This document shows positions 8,872 to 18,186 of a stretch of 64,000 nucleotides of DNA, piece after piece; position 1 is the stretch's first letter, and every line of letters starts with the position of its first letter. A program made the translations under genes and the position numbers. Under the pieces are notes generated by a model that was not told the origin of the DNA, did no database searches, and saw only the letters and a list, made by a program, of their open reading frames with translations. Source of the stretch: an uncultured bacterium (lineage in GTDB: Bacteria > Krumholzibacteriota > Krumholzibacteriia > JACNKJ01); NCBI GenBank assembly GCA_964627205.1, contig CAZVHI010000009.1, positions 33,735 to 97,734 of the forward strand. Reading direction: 5' to 3'.

Positions 8872-11316
8872 CTACTGGACGACGAGCAGCTTCTTCGTGC
8901 CCTTCTCGTTGTGGCCGGTGAGCGGGTTGCTCGCCCAGACGCCGGCGATGTAGGCGCCGCTGGGAACCTGGACGCCCGCGTCGCTCAGGCCGTCCCAGCC
9001 GAGCAGGTGGTAGCCGCCACCCATGGGCTCGCCGTCCTTGAGGACGCGCACCAGGCGGCCGCTGACGTCGAAGATCTTCACGGTGACGTCGGCGTCCGCC
9101 GCGGTCGCGAAGGCGATGTTCGTGAACGGGTTGAAGGGGTTCGGGTAGCTCTGCACTGCGCCGAGCAGGCGGTCGCCCGAGGGCACCCAGTCGCCGACGG
9201 CGGTCAGCTCGCCAAGCGGCTCGCTGCCGCCGGACTCGTGATAGCGCGCCGCGAACTCCTGCAGGTACATGTTGGCCACGCTCTGGTCATGGATGATCAG
9301 CGTGTTCTCGTCGTTGGAACTGTCGGCGCTGAAGCTCCAGTTGTGACTGCCGGTGACCACGAGGGGATCGTCGTCCACCCAGTTCACGTCGACGATCATG
9401 TACTTGTGGTGGAGCAGGCGGTTGCCGGGCAGGGGCGTGTCGATCCAGACGTCGGCGGGGATGTCCCAGGCGTAGGGCGAGCAGGGATCGCCGGCCATCT
9501 GATAGTAGACGCTGCCGTTGTAGCAGTCGCCCAGGCCCTCGTCGAAGACGCCGCGGATCTCCAGGTCGCCGCCGAGGGCGGCGCGGTGGTCGTACATGGC
9601 GTCGGAGAGGTTGTAGTTCGTGAAGGCCAGGATAGCGAAGTAGACCGAGTGGTCGGCGGTCTCCATGGCCTCGGTGATCTTCCCGTGGGTGCCGTCGCTC
9701 GGGCTCATGTACTGCTGGACGCGCAGGCCGTTGATCAGGAACTCGTGCGGCGTGTCGTCCACCTTGTTGCGGCCCATGCGCGCGTAGGTGGAGTTGGGGG
9801 TCTGCGTGTCGCTGCCCCACATCTCGTTGAACTCGAGCGTGTAGGCCTGCGCGAGGCCCGCGTCCTGGATCTTGACCGCGTTGTTCACGTCGTCGTTGCC
9901 GGAGATGCTCATGTTGGCGCTGCCGGTCCAGACCCAGTCGTTGTAGGGATCCGCGTCGCGCGCGTCGATGGTCACGAACTTGTTGTGCATGATGCCGTCG
10001 CTGCCGTCACCGCCGTGGTTGCCCCCGTAGGCGCTGGTGATGTAGGGGATGCCGTGGCTGGCGCAGTAGTCCGCGGCGGCCGACGAGTTGTTCTCGTCGA
10101 TGATGATGCGCACCAGGCAGCCGCGGTTGTGGGCGTTGACCAGGGCGTCGCGCACGTTGTTCAGGCTGAAGCTGTAGAGGCAGGCGTCCACCGAGTAATC
10201 GGCCTGGTTGATCTGAACGGTCAGGAGCGAGGAGAGCCCCATCATCACCGGGACCTCGTTGCCCTCGTCCGCGTAGTCGTGATCCGCGGTGAAGCTCATG
10301 TAGACGTGCAACTCACCGGGCTGGTCGTTGGCGGTGGCCAGCAGCTGGTCGGGGCCGTAGCGCGTGCCCTCGCCGTCGCTGCTCTTGGCACGGAAGTGGT
10401 AGACGCTGTTCGGGTCGAGGCCGGTGATCTCCACCGTGTGCTCGGTCTCCTCGGCGAGGGGATCGCCGGCGGTGTTGCCGTAGCTGTCGTCGACGCCCCA
10501 CTCGATCTCGCTCGAGCCGGGGGAGGACGTCTCGAAGTAGATCGTCGCGCTGTTCTCTGTGATCGCGATCACCTCGGGCAGGCCCACGATGGGCGGGCCG
10601 GACTCGTGCGTGAGGACGTCGCTGGCGAAGCGCGGGACGATCTCGTAACCGTCCGTGTAGGGCGAGCTGCTATCGAACTGCTTCAGGATGCCGATGACGT
10701 CGAAGACCGCGCCGGGGTCCGGGCTGCCGTTGGCCGTGGTGTCCTTGTCGATGAAGAGCAGGGCGGTGTCGGTACCGTCGCTGATGTCGATGAAGGAGTT
10801 GCTGCTCTGGGGCGTGATGGGCCAGGGATCGCCACCGACGATGCTGACGTCATTGATACGGATCAGGCGGCCCTCGTCGGGCTCGCTGTAGTCGCCCAGG
10901 AAGGTGGCGTTCAGCTCGGCGCAGGTGATGATCAGGGGATCGGGCAGGCCGGAGCCGGGACCGTGGTTGGTGATCGTCGTCTCGCCGGTGCTGGTACCCA
11001 GCTCGGTGAGGCCGTTGTACTGGTCCACGCGGGCGGTCACCGTGATGCTGTCGCCGAGTTCGGCCACGTAGCTGGCGGCGCCGCCGCTCACCCAGACGTT
11101 CACGCCGGCCGTGGCGTCCTGGAGGTAGATCTCCAGGTTGTAGAGGCTGTAGGTGAAGTTGGGGCTGGTCACGACCCCGCGGACCGTCACCACCTCGTCC
11201 ATCATCGTGGGCACGCCGGTGGCGTCGTTCTGGTGTACGTCGATGATGTCGATGGCCAAGGCCGGCAGGGCGATGCCCAGAACCGCCAGCGCGACGAGCA
11301 GGCTGTGCAGACGCAT
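8872..11316 (-). CDS. Secreted phospholipase-D-superfamily protein (two HKD motifs; nuclease or phospholipase) with FN3-like region and FlgD-Ig-like / T9SS type-A C-terminal domain
   Basis: Signal peptide MRLHSLLVALAVLGIALPALA. HKD motifs IMHNKFVTID...GSANMS and LHHKYMIVD...GSHNWS. C-terminus SYPNPFNPFTNIAF...VKIFDVSGRLVRVL...WDGLSDAGVQVPSGAYIAGV matches the Por_Secre_tail family. Confidence 0.8.
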   Translation of the reverse strand: MRLHSLLVALAVLGIALPALAIDIIDVHQNDATGVPTMMDEVVTVRGVVTSPNFTYSLYNLEIYLQDATAGVNVWVSGGAASYVAELGDSITVTARVDQYNGLTELGTSTGETTITNHGPGSGLPDPLIITCAELNATFLGDYSEPDEGRLIRINDVSIVGGDPWPITPQSSNSFIDISDGTDTALLFIDKDTTANGSPDPGAVFDVIGILKQFDSSSPYTDGYEIVPRFASDVLTHESGPPIVGLPEVIAITENSATIYFETSSPGSSEIEWGVDDSYGNTAGDPLAEETEHTVEITGLDPNSVYHFRAKSSDGEGTRYGPDQLLATANDQPGELHVYMSFTADHDYADEGNEVPVMMGLSSLLTVQINQADYSVDACLYSFSLNNVRDALVNAHNRGCLVRIIIDENNSSAAADYCASHGIPYITSAYGGNHGGDGSDGIMHNKFVTIDARDADPYNDWVWTGSANMSISGNDDVNNAVKIQDAGLAQAYTLEFNEMWGSDTQTPNSTYARMGRNKVDDTPHEFLINGLRVQQYMSPSDGTHGKITEAMETADHSVYFAILAFTNYNLSDAMYDHRAALGGDLEIRGVFDEGLGDCYNGSVYYQMAGDPCSPYAWDIPADVWIDTPLPGNRLLHHKYMIVDVNWVDDDPLVVTGSHNWSFSADSSNDENTLIIHDQSVANMYLQEFAARYHESGGSEPLGELTAVGDWVPSGDRLLGAVQSYPNPFNPFTNIAFATAADADVTVKIFDVSGRLVRVLKDGEPMGGGYHLLGWDGLSDAGVQVPSGAYIAGVWASNPLTGHNEKGTKKLLVVQ

Positions 11317-11475
11317 GATATCGACTCCTCTTGAGAACATGGAATGGAGGCTCAAAGGCCCAAGGGCCCCATCTGGGGTCCTGTGGGACCCTTAAGTATA
11401 ACAAACAAATGGGGCTGCGCGAAAGGGCGTTGGCGCGCGGATCCTCTTCAGCCGGGGAGTGCCCCGATGCCTGGT

Positions 11476-12633
11476 TCAGGGATCGGGTTCCATCCCGGGG
11501 AGATACGGTGCCGGCTCATCGAAGGGATCTCCCACCGGCTTTGGCTTCTCGATCTTCAAGCAGATCGCCTTGAGCTTGTCCGAAGCGACATAGTACCGGC
11601 CGCGCTTCTCTCCCTGCGGAGACAGGAGTTCTCTGTCGACCAGGAGCTTGAGATCTCGACTCGCCAGATTGTTCGAGATATCCGCCACCTTTCGATAGGT
11701 GGAATTCCTGACACGATAACCAGTAGCCGCATCTGCGAGAGCCAGTATCGTACGATCGGGCATACCGTCCTTCTCGATCGCGATCTCCAACGCATTCCAG
11801 GTTTCCTGCATCTGCCGGATTCGCTGAGCAATCGTGGATGCCTGTCGGAAATGCGCAGTGAGACAGAATCGGATCCATGGCCTTGCGTCCCGACGCGGAT
11901 TCCAGCTCCCGCCTCCGACCTCGGCCAGGACGTCATAGTACTCGGGGGTGTTCCTCCCCAGGTATTCCTCGATGCTTGAAAACGTAGGCGCGAGCGTGCC
12001 GCCACGCGCCAGGACCAGAGTCTGGAGACAGCGCGCCATGCGACCATTCCCGTCCTTGAACGGATGGATCATGGTGAGATTGAGATGAGCCATGGCAGCT
12101 TGAATCATCCACGGAAGATTAATGTCATCGGCATTCAGCGCATCCACGAGTTCCCGCATCAGAGCAGGGACATCACCCGCCTCGGCCCCTTCGTAGACGA
12201 TCTCTCCGGATTCTTCGTTGCGGATGGCGATGTACCCCGGCCGCCACTGACCCGGGTTCTTCGACAGATCGTGCTCGAGCATCATGTAATGCAGGCTGCG
12301 GAGAAGATCCGGGGAGTAGGCGAAGTGAGGATCCGACGCAAGTCGCAGCACATAGGTCATGGCTCTGCGATAGCCCGTGACCGCAGACCAAGACGATGCC
12401 TCTGCCTCCACGGGTTCGAGTTCCTCCTCCGCCGCGATGGCATCCTCGATCGTGACGTTGTATCCCTCAATCGCATTGGAGCCACGAATCGCCCGTGCCT
12501 GAGTGCTTCTTCGGAGAAGCCCGTACCAGCGCGGTGGCGCGGTCAGGGGGTATCTTAGTTTTCCCTTGATCTCACTGATTCTCTCGATCACCCGAGTTTC
12601 TTCTGGGTTGAGAACAGGAGCTTGGAAGATCAT
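11476..12633 (-). CDS. fic: Fic-family AMPylase (class II; intramolecular inhibitory helix) with C-terminal winged-helix domain
   Basis: Fic motif HPFKDGNGRMAR. Upstream inhibitory motif SNAIEG = (S/T)xxxE(G/N). C-terminal wHTH. ATG at 12633 preceded by AGGAG. Lies in a ~55% GC patch of a ~70% GC genome. Confidence 0.85.
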   Translation of the reverse strand: MIFQAPVLNPEETRVIERISEIKGKLRYPLTAPPRWYGLLRRSTQARAIRGSNAIEGYNVTIEDAIAAEEELEPVEAEASSWSAVTGYRRAMTYVLRLASDPHFAYSPDLLRSLHYMMLEHDLSKNPGQWRPGYIAIRNEESGEIVYEGAEAGDVPALMRELVDALNADDINLPWMIQAAMAHLNLTMIHPFKDGNGRMARCLQTLVLARGGTLAPTFSSIEEYLGRNTPEYYDVLAEVGGGSWNPRRDARPWIRFCLTAHFRQASTIAQRIRQMQETWNALEIAIEKDGMPDRTILALADAATGYRVRNSTYRKVADISNNLASRDLKLLVDRELLSPQGEKRGRYYVASDKLKAICLKIEKPKPVGDPFDEPAPYLPGMEPDP

Positions 12634-12662
12634 GTTAACACTCCTAACTGACCATGGATCAG

Positions 12663-12691
12663 ATATTAACTGACTATACATCAATTGTCAA
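12663..12691 (-). promoter_or_regulatory. Sigma70-like promoter for fic (-35 TTGACA, 17-bp spacer, -10 TAATAT), interleaved with three direct repeats TGGTCAGTTA
   Basis: Minus-strand TTGACA at 12686-12691 and TAATAT at 12663-12668. Plus-strand repeat copies TAACTGAC[CT]A at 12645-12654, 12667-12676 and 12697-12706. The last copy abuts the RBS. Confidence 0.5.
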
Positions 12692-12712
12692 GTGGATAAC
12701 TGACCAGGACCC

Positions 12713-14434
12713 TTAGGAGCTGATCCGCGCGCCCAGGCGCCAGTTCAGGCGGAGCTCGGCTTGCCAGCCGGAGCCCTCCCAGGCGCCGGAGCGCGCGACG
12801 TGGGCCAGGCTCAGGCGCCAGTCCAGGGTGCCGGGCAGCGGCCCGCGCCAGCCGTGGCGCTCCCAGCTCAGCGCCAGCCAGCGCTCGGTGGCCACCTCGC
12901 CCACGAGCCACTCCTTGTCCTTCTTCTTCAGGTCGAAGAAGCCCAGCTCGGCGCCGCGCAGTCCGTCCACGAGCCCCCAGCGGGCCTGCTCGAACTCCAG
13001 CTCGAGACGCCCCCAATCACGTAAAGGCGGGAGGCGCAGGGCGGCGTAGAGGCCGTCGGCGTTGGGGCCCAGCCAGTGGCCGACGAGCCTGCCCTCGCCG
13101 AGCCTGTCGTCGGTGACGAGCGCGCGCCGGATGTCGTGGTCGTGGTGGAAGTAGACCTGCGGATCGAGGTGAGCGTACTCCAGATCGAGGTCGGCCCCGG
13201 CCAGGCCGAAGGGGTTCGCCCAGCGCAGTCCGACCAGCTCCGCGAAGCTGGAGATGCCCGCCTCCTCGCCGTCGTCGGCCGAGTCCAGGACCACGAGGCG
13301 GTCTAGCAGGAACTCGCCGTAGAGGGTCAGCGGCGGCAGGTCCAGGCGCAGGTCAGCCCCCACGACCTTCTTGTCGTCGGTGCCGGAGCGGTCGACGATG
13401 TCCTGGGTCATGGCCACCAGGAAGCCCACGGGGTTGGCGTAGGCGAGGTCGATCCCGCGCCCGCCGTAGGCCACCGCCTCGACCAGGCCCAGGGTCGCCG
13501 GGCCCGGAAGGCGGAACTCGAAGCGGTGCGCGGCCAGGTAGGCGTCGCCTGGCACGTCCTGGACCTCGCCCTCCGGCGGCCAGGCCTCGCCCGGCATGTA
13601 GCTGGGCGGGTTGGGTCCCCGCTGACTCTGCGCGAAGAGGCTGGTCCCCGACACGTGCTTCGTATGGAAGTGAAAGCTGAGGCCGTCGAGAGGGAAGGGG
13701 TTCTCGCTGAGCAGGAGGCTACCCCGCCGGCCCGGTCCCAGGCGGCGGTCCTCGCGCCCAAGGCGCAGCTCCCACCAGTTGCGGCCGTAGGCGACGACCG
13801 CGCGGTCGAGGCGGGCGCTGGGGTCGGTGAAGACGCCGCGCCCGTCGGGGGGCAGGTTGTCCGTCCAGTCGCCAGCCGGCAGGGGCGTCAGCCGGCTGTA
13901 GTCCTCGTAGAAGCGGAGCTGGGCGCCCAGGCGGCCCGCGATCTCGGCGTCGAGGGCGAGGAAGAAGAGGCCGTCCCGCCGGGGACGCCGGTCAAGGTCG
14001 GCCAGTGAGTCCAAGGGCGAGGGTCCGCCAAAGAACTGGAGGCCGAGGCCGGGCTCCCAGATCGCTGGCGGCTCGGCGATCCCTGCGGACGCGGCCTCCC
14101 GGGCGATGGCATCGCCCAGCCAGGCACCCGGCGGGCCGGGGAGCTTCTCCTCGCAGTAGCGGAGCAGGCGACGGAGCCGCCGGAAGTCGGCGCCGGAGAG
14201 CTCGCCGCTCCGCTCGGCGATCTCGTGGGCGGCGCGGCAGAGCTCAACCCGGCTCAGGGGCCGAGCCTCCAGGCTTCCCCGCCAGTAGCCCAGGGCCCGG
14301 AAGTGCTCCAGGTCGTCGTAGAGGGGGCTGCCCGAGGGAAGACGCAGGGTCGACGCCTCCGACGCCCTTGGGGTGACGCAAATCGCAACGATCAGGAGGG
14401 TCGAGATTGCAAAGAGAGCGATGGGAACGCGCAC
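12713..14434 (-). CDS. Secreted protein of unknown function (signal peptide; possibly an outer-membrane protein)
   Basis: 573-aa ORF with an N-terminal signal sequence (MRVPIALFAISTLLIVAICV). Coding-like composition. No motif recognised with confidence. Confidence 0.55.
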   Translation of the reverse strand: MRVPIALFAISTLLIVAICVTPRASEASTLRLPSGSPLYDDLEHFRALGYWRGSLEARPLSRVELCRAAHEIAERSGELSGADFRRLRRLLRYCEEKLPGPPGAWLGDAIAREAASAGIAEPPAIWEPGLGLQFFGGPSPLDSLADLDRRPRRDGLFFLALDAEIAGRLGAQLRFYEDYSRLTPLPAGDWTDNLPPDGRGVFTDPSARLDRAVVAYGRNWWELRLGREDRRLGPGRRGSLLLSENPFPLDGLSFHFHTKHVSGTSLFAQSQRGPNPPSYMPGEAWPPEGEVQDVPGDAYLAAHRFEFRLPGPATLGLVEAVAYGGRGIDLAYANPVGFLVAMTQDIVDRSGTDDKKVVGADLRLDLPPLTLYGEFLLDRLVVLDSADDGEEAGISSFAELVGLRWANPFGLAGADLDLEYAHLDPQVYFHHDHDIRRALVTDDRLGEGRLVGHWLGPNADGLYAALRLPPLRDWGRLELEFEQARWGLVDGLRGAELGFFDLKKKDKEWLVGEVATERWLALSWERHGWRGPLPGTLDWRLSLAHVARSGAWEGSGWQAELRLNWRLGARISS

Positions 14435-14527
14435 GAAAGCCTCCGGCAGGGTGAGGACATCGCGGGGATTTCCGGAAAGGGGAGCCGGACGCGCCGGATT
14501 CTAGGCAAGGACCGTCCGGGGGACAAC

Positions 14528-14555
14528 AAAAAGCCGCCCCGGCAAGCGGGGCGGC
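14528..14555 (-). terminator. Rho-independent terminator downstream of the HTH gene
   Basis: GCCGCCCCG-gcaag-CGGGGCGGC stem-loop, followed on the minus strand by TTTTT (plus-strand A-run immediately 5' of the stem). A 14-bp palindrome GCCTATGCATAGGC sits alongside. Confidence 0.6.
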
Positions 14556-14631
14556 CTATGCATAGGCTTATGCCTAAAAACGTTTCGGCGAAAGGACCGC
14601 CTCCCTGCGGGCCCCTCGCCGAACCGAAACT

Positions 14632-14868
14632 CTAGGAACTCACTTCCATCGCGAGCCAGCGGTCCAGCACACTCTTGAGGAACCGCCACTCACTGCCGAC
14701 CTTCTTCGCCGGGATCTTGCCTTCCTTGGCGAGGCGACAGACGGTCTTCACGTGCATCTTCAAATACTCAGCGGCCTCCACGGAGGTCAAAACCGGAGAA
14801 ACCTGCTCCTCCGTTCCCACATAGATGTTGGAGTATTCGCTTTCCTTCCAGTCGGACATCGGTTTCAT
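14632..14868 (-). CDS. Excisionase/MerR-type helix-turn-helix DNA-binding protein (small)
   Basis: LTSVEAAEYLKMHVKTVCRLAKEGKIPAKKVGSEWRF matches the excisionase-family HTH (TIGR01764-like). Local GC is ~52%. Confidence 0.7.
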   Translation of the reverse strand: MKPMSDWKESEYSNIYVGTEEQVSPVLTSVEAAEYLKMHVKTVCRLAKEGKIPAKKVGSEWRFLKSVLDRWLAMEVSS

Positions 14869-15300
14869 CCTTCGTTTGCAGGTTCCATCGATGCAGGAAA
14901 AGCACGTCTTCCCACTAAAGCTTCAACGAGAGTCCAAGACCACCCTTGCTCGCTGACTCACTCCTGGGGTTCGCCCGTGGAGTGTTCCCCGTCGAACCCC
15001 GATGAGCAAGGCCCATGCCACAGGGGCCATCGCCCGCAATCGACGGAAAATCATGGGATTGCGCGAGAGATGCCCAGGATTCCCTGGCAAGACCTGCTCC
15101 GGGTTGGCATTTCTCGTCGTTCCTCGTGCCTCCCCGAGGGCGCTCATCGTTCCCCATGTTTCCCCATGCTGCCGCAGAGGAAGTTTCGCAATCCGCACGC
15201 TCCCCGTTGCGGGATGGATGCCCCCCGGAATCCTGCCGGCGGTGCGCTGTCCCGTCGGTGGCATAGGCCTTGCAGCCTGCGCGATCCGCAGGAGGGGAGT

Positions 15301-15951
15301 ATGGATCTGGACGCGAACTACATCGAGATCGAGGGTGGCCAGGGCAAGCGGAAGCGACCGCGATTCGCCTTTGTCATCGAGGCGCTGCTGCGCAGCCGGC
15401 GGGACGCGGGGCTGGAGACGGGCATCCACCGGCCCGACGAGGACGTCAACATGTACCTCGGCGCCCTGCTCTGCCGCTACGCCGACTCCCCCACCGGCGG
15501 CGTGGAGGAATCAAGCCTGATTCCTTACGAGGGGGATCTCTACGAGAGCATTCGCGAGGTCGGCCAGACGCGCGCGAAGTACCACATCTACCGCTGGAAC
15601 GCCGACCACCTCCTGATGACCCTCGGCATCTTCGGCAACGCCTGGTGGCGCAACCCCAAGCAGTCGGCCTTCCACTGGACGCCCACGCGGCTCGAGTCCA
15701 TCGCCCGCGGCAAGCTCTACTATGGCAAGGCCGCGACCTACGTGTCGCGTCTCGAGGAGGGACGCAAGGGCTTGGAGGAGCTGCTCGCGAAGCTCGAGGT
15801 GGGATTCGAGGAGTACCTGAGAATCCTGGAGACGCTGCGCGTGGACTACTTCCACATGCTCCGGGGTTTCGGGCCGGGCGAGTGGTATCACCTCTGCAAA
15901 GATCTCGGCGTCAGTCCCGACGCTTCCCCGCCTTCTGCGTCTTCTGGATGA
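15301..15951 (+). CDS. Hypothetical protein (217 aa), unknown function
   Basis: Strong RBS (AGGAGGGGAGT-ATG). No recognised domain. 3' end overlaps the convergent hydrolase gene by 41 bp, so the end is uncertain. Confidence 0.5.
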   Translation: MDLDANYIEIEGGQGKRKRPRFAFVIEALLRSRRDAGLETGIHRPDEDVNMYLGALLCRYADSPTGGVEESSLIPYEGDLYESIREVGQTRAKYHIYRWNADHLLMTLGIFGNAWWRNPKQSAFHWTPTRLESIARGKLYYGKAATYVSRLEEGRKGLEELLAKLEVGFEEYLRILETLRVDYFHMLRGFGPGEWYHLCKDLGVSPDASPPSASSG

Positions 15952-16804
15952 AGTCCAGGACCTTCTGCTGAACTTGATGGCCCTCCTCGCCGGCGAGGAG
16001 CAGATGGCCGCCGCGCTCCATGAGCAGCGTCTCGGTGTCCCGCTCCCCCCGCGCTCTCCGGATCACCTTGAGGCCGCCCGGCGGCAGCTCGCTGTTGTCG
16101 CTGGCGTGGATGGCCAGCAGCGGATTCTGCAAGGAGCCCAGGCGCCCCCGGGCCCTGCGCACGGCACCGTAGCGGTCGGCCATCCAGCGGTGCGGGCTGG
16201 CCGCGATCATCCGCTCGAAGAAGCGCGGGAAGAGCCGGCTCCAGGCGAGGGCGAAGCGTTCGCCCAGGCCCAGGTGCGGCTTCAGGGGCGGCGAGAGCAG
16301 AGTGAGGCTGCGGACCGCGTGCTGGTCGGCCAGCATGATCGCGAGGATGCTGCCGAAGCTCGAACCCACCACGTGCACGGGCACGCCGAGCATTGCCAAG
16401 AGCTCGTAGCGCATCTCCAGCTCGGAAAGCGACAGCTGCCAGGGCACGCCCCCGCGCTGCGCCCCCACGGCCGCCTCGTTGGGAAGCAGCGAGCTGTAGA
16501 CCGTCATCCCCGAGCGATACAGGTGCTGTCCCAGGTGGAAGTACTGGGCGGGGGTGCTGTGGCCGCCGGGCACCAGGAGCACGGCCGCCGTCGGCTCTTC
16601 CTGCAGGTAGAGGAAGGAGCGGTCCCGCTCGGGAATGTCCAGCTCCTCCTCCTTGAGGCGCTGCAACTCGTACTGGGTCCGCAGCAGGTTCACCCGCTCG
16701 GTGAGCGGGAGCTGCCCCGCCGTGTTCAGCTTCTCCAGGGTCCAGACCGTGTTGGCCATGTTCTGGAGCTGCTCTTCCTTGCTCTTCGGTACGATGCTAT
16801 TCAT
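15911..16804 (-). CDS. Alpha/beta hydrolase (esterase/lipase type) with N-terminal coiled-coil
   Basis: GxSxG nucleophile elbow (VGSSFGS). Hydrolase-like core (LLVPGGHSTP...). Confidence 0.7.
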   Translation of the reverse strand: MNSIVPKSKEEQLQNMANTVWTLEKLNTAGQLPLTERVNLLRTQYELQRLKEEELDIPERDRSFLYLQEEPTAAVLLVPGGHSTPAQYFHLGQHLYRSGMTVYSSLLPNEAAVGAQRGGVPWQLSLSELEMRYELLAMLGVPVHVVGSSFGSILAIMLADQHAVRSLTLLSPPLKPHLGLGERFALAWSRLFPRFFERMIAASPHRWMADRYGAVRRARGRLGSLQNPLLAIHASDNSELPPGGLKVIRRARGERDTETLLMERGGHLLLAGEEGHQVQQKVLDFIQKTQKAGKRRD

Positions 16805-16827
16805 GTCCGCCCTACTTCCACGTGGAG

Positions 16828-17886
16828 CTAGTCATCCCAATCGGCCACGAAGACGTTCGTCTCGCGGGGTTTGGCGTTCAGGCGGTTCGAGGCGAAGATC
16901 AGCTGGCTGCCGTCGGCGTTCCACATGGGGAAACCCTCGAAGCTCGGCCCGTAGGTGACGCGCTCGTTGTTCTTGCCGTCGATGCCGATGATCCACAGGT
17001 CGAAGTTGCGGCCCCTCGGGTCCCCCTGGTTGCTGCAGTAGATGATGCGCTTGCCGTCGGGGAAGAAGTAGGGGCCGATGTTGGCGGCGCCGTTGTCGGT
17101 CACCTGGCGCTTGTTCGAGCCGTCGGCGTCCATCACCCAGACCTGGAGGGCCATGGGGCTGATCGCGTGGTCGGCCATGAGCTGCTCGTAGTGGGCGATC
17201 TCGTCTTCGGTCTCGGGATAGAAGGCGCGCCAGACGATCATGCTCCCGTCGGCGCTCCACCAGGGCCCGCCGTCGTAGCCCAGGCGGTCGGTGAGTTGCA
17301 CCTTGTTCCCGCCGTCGGCGTCCATCACCCAGATGTCCAGGTCGCCCCCGCGCTGGGAGGTGTAGACGATGCGCCCGTCCGGTCCGACGATGGCCTCGGC
17401 GTCGTAGCCCCAGTCGTCGGTGAGCTGCTCGAGGTCGCTGCCGTCGGTCTTGGCGGTGAAGACGTCGAACTCGGGGTGCAGCGGCCAGACGTAGCCCTTG
17501 CGGAAGTCGGGGGGCGGCGGGCAGTCGTCCATGTGGTGATGGGTCGAGGCGTAGAGGATGCGCTCGTCCCCCTGCATGAAGTAGCTGCAGGTGGTCTTGC
17601 CCTTGCCCGTCGAGACCATGTTCTGCTCGCTGCCGTCGGGCTTCATGGTGAAGATCTGGTCACATTCGCGGGGCGGGCGCGTGGCCTGGAAGATGATCCG
17701 GTCGTTCGCCCAGGACCAGTAGGCCTCGGCGTTCTCGCCGCCGAAGGTGAGCTGGCGGAGATTGGACAGGTGGGCCTCTCCCGCGTATTGCAGGGAGTCG
17801 CCGCCCCCGCCGCCGCTCTGGGCGGGCGCCCGGTCCACGGACCCGGCGAGTAGGGCCAGGGCCGCCATTGCGGCCGCTGCCGACAT
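16828..17886 (-). CDS. TolB-like / PD40 (WD40-like) beta-propeller periplasmic protein
   Basis: Signal peptide MSAAAAMAALALLAGS. Repeated PD40 signatures (PDG..I.Y.S.R.G..D.W). GAGGAAG RBS. Confidence 0.75.
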   Translation of the reverse strand: MSAAAAMAALALLAGSVDRAPAQSGGGGGDSLQYAGEAHLSNLRQLTFGGENAEAYWSWANDRIIFQATRPPRECDQIFTMKPDGSEQNMVSTGKGKTTCSYFMQGDERILYASTHHHMDDCPPPPDFRKGYVWPLHPEFDVFTAKTDGSDLEQLTDDWGYDAEAIVGPDGRIVYTSQRGGDLDIWVMDADGGNKVQLTDRLGYDGGPWWSADGSMIVWRAFYPETEDEIAHYEQLMADHAISPMALQVWVMDADGSNKRQVTDNGAANIGPYFFPDGKRIIYCSNQGDPRGRNFDLWIIGIDGKNNERVTYGPSFEGFPMWNADGSQLIFASNRLNAKPRETNVFVADWDD

Positions 17887-18186
17887 GATGCTTCCTCTTA
17901 CGATCTCGACACCTCCTGCTGGCTTCCGAGCGGGGCCCTCGGGGGACCGCCCGGCAAGACGTGAATCGCCGCGGGCCGGCGGCTCGGGCCGGAGACGGCC
18001 TTTGCGAGGGCCTGCGAGCGCATGAAGCAACTATACTATGGAACCGCGCCGCGCAAGGGATTAAAGTCAGGGGCGACAGGGAGACTCCGGGGCCGGCGTG
18101 TCGGGTGGACCCTCAGGACCTTCGCAGACCCCCTCATCGGGGCGCTCCCCAAAGATTTCGACAAACAGTCAACGAGGAGTGCAAAG

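Noticed and set aside
11356-11476. GGGTCC-tgtg-GGACCC hairpin between fic and the PLD gene
   Set aside because: Short stem (6 bp) with no adjacent T-run on the relevant strand. Probably incidental.
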